Source: Acidimicrobiales bacterium
Lineage (GTDB): Bacteria; Actinomycetota; Acidimicrobiia; Acidimicrobiales; JBBRAZ01
NCBI GenBank assembly: GCA_038206295.1
Contig: JBBRAZ010000006.1
Coordinates: 48,734 to 112,733 of the forward strand
DNA length: 64,000 nt
Direction: 5' to 3'
Shown here in pieces: positions 58,688 through 64,000 of the stretch. The notes below the pieces were generated by a model, which was given only the letters and a program-made list of their open reading frames with translations, made no database searches and had not been told where the DNA came from. A program made the translations under genes and the position numbers. Every line of letters begins with the position of its first letter. Positions within the stretch are counted from its first letter, which is position 1.

Positions 58688-59401
58688 TCAGGGCTCGAGG
58701 GTGGTGATCGACCGGATCCTCCGCTCGACGTGGTGCTCCATGGCCCGAGTGGCGAGCGCCTCGACCTCGTGCAGCGCCGGCGAGGGCGGCTCGGCGAGCA
58801 CCGAAGCCAGCTGCCCCCCGAGCGTGCGCCGCAGCAGGTCGAGCGCGTCAGGCGAGATGCCGGTGCCTCGGCGGTGGTCACCGCACAGGACGCCGCCGGC
58901 GTCGAGGTCGAACGCGACGAGGCCCACGTCGGTCCCGCACTCCACGCAGACGTCCACCTCGGGACGCACGCCCTCGTGCGCGAGCACCTTGAGGAAGAAG
59001 GCGGGCACCACCGCAGGACCAGCATCGCCCTCGAGCGCCTGCAACGCCCCGACGAGCATCTGGTAGAGGCGCGGGTCCGGCTCTCGCTCCTGGGCGAGCT
59101 GGTCGACGGCCTCGAGCATCGGCGAGACCCGAGCCAGGCGGTCCAGGTCCTCGCGCACGGCGCGGAACACGTCGATGCGCTCCACCTGCGTGATGACGTC
59201 GAGCTCTCGCCCCAGGTGCAGCTGCACCGCCACGTGGCTCATCGGCTCGAGACGGGACCCGAAGCGCGAGGCCGTCTTGCGCACCCCCTTCGCCACCGCA
59301 CGCACCTTGCCGTGGCCGCGGGTCATCAGCACGACGATGCGGTCGGCCTCACCGAGCTTCCAGGTCCGCAGGACGACGCCTTGGTCCCGGTAGAGCTTCA
59401 T
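58688..59401 (-). CDS. recO: DNA repair protein RecO
   Basis: ORF track 237 aa. MKLYRDQGVVLRTWKLGEADRIVVLMTRGHGKVRAVAKGVRKTASRFGSRLEP..., with a Cys cluster ...CVECG...VLCGDH.... Confidence 0.9.
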   Translation of the reverse strand: MKLYRDQGVVLRTWKLGEADRIVVLMTRGHGKVRAVAKGVRKTASRFGSRLEPMSHVAVQLHLGRELDVITQVERIDVFRAVREDLDRLARVSPMLEAVDQLAQEREPDPRLYQMLVGALQALEGDAGPAVVPAFFLKVLAHEGVRPEVDVCVECGTDVGLVAFDLDAGGVLCGDHRRGTGISPDALDLLRRTLGGQLASVLAEPPSPALHEVEALATRAMEHHVERRIRSITTLEP

Positions 59402-59403
59402 GG

Positions 59404-60123
59404 TCAGTCGTCGACGCCACCGAAGCGCCGGTCACGTCGCTGGTACTCGTCGACCGCGGCGAACAGGTGCTCACGGCGGAAGTCCGGCCACAGCACGTCG
59501 GTGAACACCAGCTCGCTGTACGCGAGCTCCCACAGCAGGAAGTTCGAGATGCGGTACTCGCCCGAGGTGCGCACCATCAGGTCCGGCTCCGGCATCGACG
59601 GGTCGTACAGGCGCTTGGCGATGGTGCGCTCGTCGATCTTCTCGGGAGCGATGCCCTCGCGCACGATGGACCGCACGGCATCGACGATCTCGGCTCGACC
59701 GCCGTAGTTGAAGGCGATCGTGAGCGTCATCGTCGTGTTGTGCTGCGTGAGTGCGATGGACTCGTCCATCCGGCGCAGCAGCCGCTTGGGCACCCGCCAG
59801 TCACGCCGCCCGACGAACCGCATCCGCACGCCTCGCTCGTGCAGCTCGTCGCGCCGGCGCACCAGCAGCCGCTCGTTGAAGCCCATGAGGTAGCGCACCT
59901 CGTCGGTGGGTCGCCGCCAGTTCTCGGTGCTGAACGCGTAGACCGTCATCCAGTCCAACCCCAGCTCGAGGCCGCCTTCGACGGTGTCGAAGAGCGCCTC
60001 CTCGCCAGCCTCGTGGCCTTCGGTGCGCTTGAGGCCCCGGCGTGTCGCCCAGCGGCCATTGCCGTCCATCACCAGCGCCACGTGCGCGGGGATGCGGCGG
60101 GGATCGAGGTCGGCGGCCTGCAT
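59404..60123 (-). CDS. uppS: Isoprenyl transferase (undecaprenyl/decaprenyl diphosphate synthase family)
   Basis: ORF 59404..60444, ATG at 60123. ...PAHVALVMDGNGRWATRRGLKRTEGHEAG...VYAFSTENWRRP...LMVRTSGEYRISNFLLWELAYSELVF. Confidence 0.95.
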   Translation of the reverse strand: MQAADLDPRRIPAHVALVMDGNGRWATRRGLKRTEGHEAGEEALFDTVEGGLELGLDWMTVYAFSTENWRRPTDEVRYLMGFNERLLVRRRDELHERGVRMRFVGRRDWRVPKRLLRRMDESIALTQHNTTMTLTIAFNYGGRAEIVDAVRSIVREGIAPEKIDERTIAKRLYDPSMPEPDLMVRTSGEYRISNFLLWELAYSELVFTDVLWPDFRREHLFAAVDEYQRRDRRFGGVDD

Positions 60124-60165
60124 CGCAGCGACGCTACCGCCCCGGCGCCCCCACCCCCGCCACCT

Positions 60166-60206
60166 GCCCCCCGCTCCCCGCTCCCCGCTCCCCGCTCCCC
60201 GCTCCC
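60166..60206. repeat. Tandem heptamer array (GCTCCCC x5 on the plus strand = GGGGAGC x5 on the uppS sense strand)
   Basis: gcccccc gctcccc gctcccc gctcccc gctcccc gctccc. The array lies 43-83 nt upstream of the uppS ATG, in non-coding DNA. Confidence 0.85.
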
Positions 60207-60214
60207 ATGCGTAG

Positions 60215-60310
60215 GTGCGTGAACACTTCGCGCATCCACCTACGCACACTCGGTCGACTCTGGCGCCGGTGCGCACCTGTGCGAACGCTTCGCGCACTCT
60301 CCTGCGCACA
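60215..60310. promoter_or_regulatory. Two copies of a ~33-nt dyad-containing motif upstream of the cupredoxin gene pair
   Basis: R1 (60215-60248) is gtgcgtgaacacttcgcgcatccacctacgcaca. R2 (60279-60310) is gtgcgaacgcttcgcgcactctcctgcgcaca. Each holds a GCG(N)GAA-N3-TTCGCGC dyad. R1 is also closed by tgcgtaggtg / cacctacgca (60208-60217 and 60237-60246). Confidence 0.45.
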
Positions 60311-60392
60311 GGGGGCTGTGGCGGCGCGGGGCGGTGCCCACGGCGTACGCTGCGTGCCGTCGTACCGCGCGGTGCGGCCCGAAGGGGGAACG

Positions 60393-60788
60393 ATGCGCCG
60401 AGCTGCGCTGCTGACCGTAATCCTGATCCTCGCGGTGCCCGCATGCGGCTCCGACGATCCCGATTCCGCGGTGACGACCACCGAGGCTCACGCCGACTCG
60501 AGCACCACGATCGCGGATGGCGGATCCACCACGACGGCGGGTGCCGAGGATGCCACCGGCCCGTTCATCGAGGACCTCGAGTTCCACGACCTCGAGGTCG
60601 ACAGCGGCGCCGAGGTCACGGTGACCAACCGCGACGACTTCGCCCACACCTTCTCGTTCGACGACGAGTCGGTCTCGCTGTCGCTCGGCGGCGGCGAGTC
60701 CGACACGTTCACCACCCCCGCGGCGGGCGAGTACGAGATCTACTGCGAGATCCACGGATCGATGAGCGGCACGCTCGTCGTGAGCTGA
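60393..60788 (+). CDS. Cupredoxin-like (type-1 copper, amicyanin/plastocyanin-type) lipoprotein
   Basis: ORF 60042..60788. ATG at 60393 follows gaaggggga. MRRAALLTVILILAVPACGS is a lipobox. The Cu-ligand pattern is ..FAHTF.. plus YCEIHGSMSG (C-x2-H-x2-M). Confidence 0.8.
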   Translation: MRRAALLTVILILAVPACGSDDPDSAVTTTEAHADSSTTIADGGSTTTAGAEDATGPFIEDLEFHDLEVDSGAEVTVTNRDDFAHTFSFDDESVSLSLGGGESDTFTTPAAGEYEIYCEIHGSMSGTLVVS

Positions 60789-60800
60789 CCAGGAGCACCC

Positions 60801-61427
60801 ATGCACATCCGCACCCGCACCGCGGCGATCTCGATCGCCGCCGCGCTGCTCGCCGCCGCATGCGGCGGCAGCGGGGACGAGGTCGCCACCGACACGACCG
60901 GCAGCGAGCGCTCCACCACCACCGAGTCGACGACGACGACCGACGCCACGACCACGACCGAGGCACCGACGTCCACCACCGGTGGCTCGACCACCACGAC
61001 CGCAGCGTCGGGGGCGACATCGAGCACCGTGACGACCGTCGCCGGGGCACCACCTCCCGCTCCCGCTCCGGTGCCGGCACCGGCACCGGCACCGGCACCG
61101 AGTCCGACCCCCATGCCGGCACCCACCCCCAACCCGACCCCCGCGCCGGCACTGAAGCCACCGCCTCCACCGCCGCCCGCGGCCACCGGCCCGCGCATCT
61201 CGGCGTTCCAGTTCATCGGTCTCACGGGCCGCGCTGGCACCTCGATCACGATCAAGAACCTGGACTCGGTGCCGCACGGCGTGACGTCGGACCACTTCGG
61301 CAACAGCGTCAACATCCCCGCCGGCGGCTCCGCGTCGCTATCGCTGGCCGGCCTCGACCCCGATGCGCACCCCATCTTCTGCACGATCCACGGCCAGTCG
61401 ATGTCTGGGACCCTCACCGTCACCTGA
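60801..61427 (+). CDS. Cupredoxin-like lipoprotein with long Thr- and Pro/Ala-rich linker (tandem paralogue)
   Basis: ORF track 208 aa. The lipobox is LLAAACGG. The linker is TTTESTTTTDATTTTEAPTSTT...PPPAPAPVPAPAPAPAPSPTPMPAPTPNPTPAP. The C-terminal domain is ..VPHGVT.. plus FCTIHGQSMSG. Confidence 0.8.
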   Translation: MHIRTRTAAISIAAALLAAACGGSGDEVATDTTGSERSTTTESTTTTDATTTTEAPTSTTGGSTTTTAASGATSSTVTTVAGAPPPAPAPVPAPAPAPAPSPTPMPAPTPNPTPAPALKPPPPPPPAATGPRISAFQFIGLTGRAGTSITIKNLDSVPHGVTSDHFGNSVNIPAGGSASLSLAGLDPDAHPIFCTIHGQSMSGTLTVT

Positions 61428-61480
61428 TCTGAGCCCGGGGGTGGAGCACCGCCGCTCACCCGGTCCGGTACGGTCGCCGG

Positions 61481-63370
61481 ATGCCCGAGCGCAGCCCCGT
61501 CGCCGCCGCGTTGGCGCGCGCCACCGCCGCGCTGCCTGCGGGCGAGGCGCGCCCCGGACAGGTGACGATGGCCGAGGCAGTCGGCGTCGCCATCGCAGAG
61601 AAGCGCCCCCTGCTGGTGCAGGCCGGCACCGGCACCGGCAAGTCGCTCGCCTACCTGGTGCCCGCGATCCTCGGCCACCGGCGGACGGTCGTGGCCACCG
61701 CCACCAAGGCGCTGCAGGACCAGCTGGCCGACCGGGACCTGCCGTTCCTCGCCGAGCACCTCGGCGTGCCGTTCGAGTTCGCGGTGCTCAAGGGCCGCAG
61801 CAACTACGCGTGCCGCCAGCGGCTGGCCGAGCTCGACCGCGGCGGCGACGCGCAGCTCTCGCTCGATGGCATGAGCGCCGGCGCGTCGCCCGAGGAGCTG
61901 GCATCGCTCGCGGCGTGGGCACAGGACAGCTCGACGGGAGATCGCGCCGAGCTCGAGGTCGAGCCGTCGGCCGCCGCGTGGGCCGCCATCAGCGTCGGGG
62001 CCCGCGAGTGCCCCGGCAGGTCGCGGTGTCCGAAGGGCGGGGTCTGCTTCACCGAGCTGGCCCGCGACAGGGCAGCGGAGGCCGACGTGATCGTCGTCAA
62101 CCAGCACCTCTACGGCATGCACCTGGCGACTGACGGCGCGGTGCTGCCCGAGCACGACGTGCTGATCGTGGACGAGGCGCACCAGCTCGAGGACGTGCTG
62201 TCGGCGACCGTCGGCGTCGAGCTCAGCGCAGGCCGTTGCGCTCACCTCGCGCGCACGGTCGCTGCGATCGTCGACGACCCGGCGCTCGTCGAGGACCTCG
62301 AGCTCGTCGGCGACCGCATCCGTGATGCGCTGCGACCGCTGCTCGGTACCCGGCTGCGGCGGCCCGATGCCGAGCTGCAGGACGCGATGGCGGCCGGGAC
62401 CGAGCGCGTCAACCGGGCGCTCGAGGCGCTGCGGCGCATCGACACCACCGACCCTGACGCCTCGGCGCGCAAGGAGCGCGCCATGCAGGCCGCCGGCGCC
62501 CTCGGCGAGGATCTGCTGCGCTCGCTGGAGGTGGCCGAGTCCGAGGTGGCGTGGGTGGAGGGCGACGAGGACCGGCCGGTGCTGCGCGTGGCGCCGCTCG
62601 AAGTCGCCCGGGTGCTCGACGAGCACCTGTGGGGCGGCCCGGCGGTGGTGCTCACCTCCGCGACGCTGCCCGACGCCATCGCCGAGTCCCTGGGTGTGCC
62701 CGAGGCGCATCGCGAGGTGCTCGACGTCGGCAGCCCCTTCGACTACGAGCACCAGGCCGTCCTGTACTGCGCGACCCACCTCCCCGAGCCGCGCGACCCG
62801 CGGTGGGAGGAGCGGGCCATCGACGAGCTGGCGTCGCTCATCCACGCCGCGGGCGGCAGGACGCTTGCGCTGTTCACGTCGTGGCGGATGATGCGCGCCG
62901 CCGCCGATGCGCTGCGCGGCGAGATCCCGGGGCGGCTGCTGCGCCAGGACGACCTTCCCAAGCCGGCGCTGCTACGCACGTTCACCGAGGACGCAACCTC
63001 GTCGCTGTTCGCCACCATGGGCTTCTGGCAGGGCATCGACGTGCCGGGGCCGTCGCTGACGCTGGTGACCATCGACAAGCTGCCCTTCCCCCGACCCGAC
63101 GACCCGCTGCTGTCGGCCCGGCGCGAACGAGCGCGCGAGGCGGCGTTCCGCACCATCGACCTGCCCCGCGCCACGGTGCTCCTCGCGCAGGGCGCGGGCC
63201 GCCTCATCCGCACCGCCACCGACCGCGGGGTCGTCGCGGTGCTCGACAGCCGGCTCGCCTCCGCCGGCTACCGGTGGGATCTCATCGGTGGGCTTCCCCC
63301 GATGCGCCGCACCAAGGACCGCGCCGAGGTCCTCGCCCTCCTCAGCGACCTCCACACCCGAGCCATGTAG
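61481..63370 (+). CDS. dinG: ATP-dependent DinG/Rad3-like DNA helicase
   Basis: ORF track 629 aa. Walker A is LLVQAGTGTGKSLAYLVPA. The DEAH box is LIVDEAHQLED. The Cys-rich insert (..YACRQ..., CPGRSRCPKGGVCF) is consistent with an Fe-S domain. The C-terminal motifs are ...TSATL..., ...GFWQGIDVPG..., ...QGAGRLIR.... Confidence 0.9.
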   Translation: MPERSPVAAALARATAALPAGEARPGQVTMAEAVGVAIAEKRPLLVQAGTGTGKSLAYLVPAILGHRRTVVATATKALQDQLADRDLPFLAEHLGVPFEFAVLKGRSNYACRQRLAELDRGGDAQLSLDGMSAGASPEELASLAAWAQDSSTGDRAELEVEPSAAAWAAISVGARECPGRSRCPKGGVCFTELARDRAAEADVIVVNQHLYGMHLATDGAVLPEHDVLIVDEAHQLEDVLSATVGVELSAGRCAHLARTVAAIVDDPALVEDLELVGDRIRDALRPLLGTRLRRPDAELQDAMAAGTERVNRALEALRRIDTTDPDASARKERAMQAAGALGEDLLRSLEVAESEVAWVEGDEDRPVLRVAPLEVARVLDEHLWGGPAVVLTSATLPDAIAESLGVPEAHREVLDVGSPFDYEHQAVLYCATHLPEPRDPRWEERAIDELASLIHAAGGRTLALFTSWRMMRAAADALRGEIPGRLLRQDDLPKPALLRTFTEDATSSLFATMGFWQGIDVPGPSLTLVTIDKLPFPRPDDPLLSARRERAREAAFRTIDLPRATVLLAQGAGRLIRTATDRGVVAVLDSRLASAGYRWDLIGGLPPMRRTKDRAEVLALLSDLHTRAM

Positions 63371-63561
63371 CGATCGAGCGATCTGATTGCGCGACGGTGC
63401 CCAGAGCCGAACGACCTCGACGGCGACCAGCGCGCCGTGGTTCACCTTGTTCGCCTCCGTCGCGGAAGCCGTGGAGCGGCGCAGCTGACGCCGGTCCAAC
63501 CTGCACGCCACCGCCTCGACCTAGGCGCTCGTCGATTCGGTCGACGAGCTGACCATCTCGC

Positions 63562-64000
63562 TCAAGGTGCGTCGGCGATCAGCCGGTCCATGGTGTCGAC
63601 GAGCTCGGGCACGTCGATCGGCTTGGTCAGGTAGGCGGCAGCACCCGAGGCGAGAAGGCGTTGCACCTGGTTGGGGCTGGCGTCTGCGCTGACCATCACC
63701 ACCGGGATCTTCGCTGTGGCTGGGTCTGTTCGGAGTCGCTGGAGCACCTCGTCGCCGGAGATGTCGGGGAGGTGGAGGTCGAGGAGGATGATCGCCGGTC
63801 GGTGCTCGATGGCGAGCTCGAGGCCGAGGCGGCCCTGCATGGCCACGACCAGGGTCATCTCGGGATGGTGGCGGTCGAGGATCCGTTCGATGAGCTTGAC
63901 GTTGGCGAGGTTGTCCTCGATGTGCAGGATCGTCGGGGCCGATCGACCAGATGGCTCGGCGGCGGTTCCTGGAGGACCGAGTCGTTCGAATCGCTCGATG
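63562..64000 (-). CDS. Response-regulator receiver domain at the C-terminus of a larger protein (probably a hybrid sensor kinase); N-terminus beyond window edge
   Basis: ORF track lists 63562..63858, but the frame stays open to nt 64000. The rc reads ...IERFERLGPPGTAAEPSGRSAPTILHIEDNLANVKLIERILDRHHPEMTLVVAMQGRLGLELAIEHRPAIILLDLHLPDISGDEVLQRL...PVVMVSADAS...YLTKP. The phospho-acceptor Asp context is ILLDLHLPD. Confidence 0.8.
   Translation of the reverse strand, partial: IERFERLGPPGTAAEPSGRSAPTILHIEDNLANVKLIERILDRHHPEMTLVVAMQGRLGLELAIEHRPAIILLDLHLPDISGDEVLQRLRTDPATAKIPVVMVSADASPNQVQRLLASGAAAYLTKPIDVPELVDTMDRLIADAP

Noticed and set aside
61060-61170. A short-period DNA repeat (ccggca x4 and related Pro/Ala codon runs) that might be taken for a tandem-repeat or CRISPR-like locus.
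   Set aside because: It lies inside a continuous ORF and encodes the (PA)n/PT linker of the second cupredoxin lipoprotein. It has no spacer-repeat organisation.

Overview
This window is a very GC-rich, actinobacterium-like chromosomal segment. Codon third positions are almost all G/C, so the ORF track is full of long antisense shadow ORFs. I can support about 75 protein genes, 3 intact tRNAs (Val-TAC, Met-CAT, Asn-GTT), several pseudogenes or gene fragments, and a set of repeats and operator-like palindromes. (i) 1-17.4 kb holds mixed accessory metabolism and regulation: a CocE/NonD hydrolase, an SDR, a His-rich membrane protein, a CPA1 antiporter, a STAS-GAF-ANTAR regulator, a hemerythrin with a basic repeat tail, WS/DGAT, a sterol-MT-like methyltransferase with TetR, and an MDR oxidoreductase with MarR. 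(ii) 17.5-38.1 kb is a mosaic accessory island lying 3' of an intact tRNA-Val gene and punctuated by three co-oriented copies of that tRNA's 3' half. It carries four intact type II toxin-antitoxin pairs, two truncated antitoxin copies, an IS3-family remnant, a paralogue fragment, a mercury-transporter-like mini-cassette, a class III nucleotide cyclase, an HD-HD-LuxR regulator and an SLH/beta-propeller surface protein. I recognise no integrase in it. (iii) 38.1-64 kb is mostly core genes: IMPase, NUDIX, thioredoxin, a peptide SBP, cspA, tRNA-Met/Asn, rpoD, dnaG, ppdK, glyQS, recO, uppS and a DinG helicase, plus tandem RDD and tandem cupredoxin paralogues. The observations most worth follow-up are the tRNA-half repeat architecture with its associated palindromic motif, the apparently leaderless TA promoters with a shared sequence context, direct repeats bracketing small gene modules, a G4-type heptamer array upstream of uppS, and several unusual domain fusions. 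Every family assignment comes from reading motifs by eye, with no database search.
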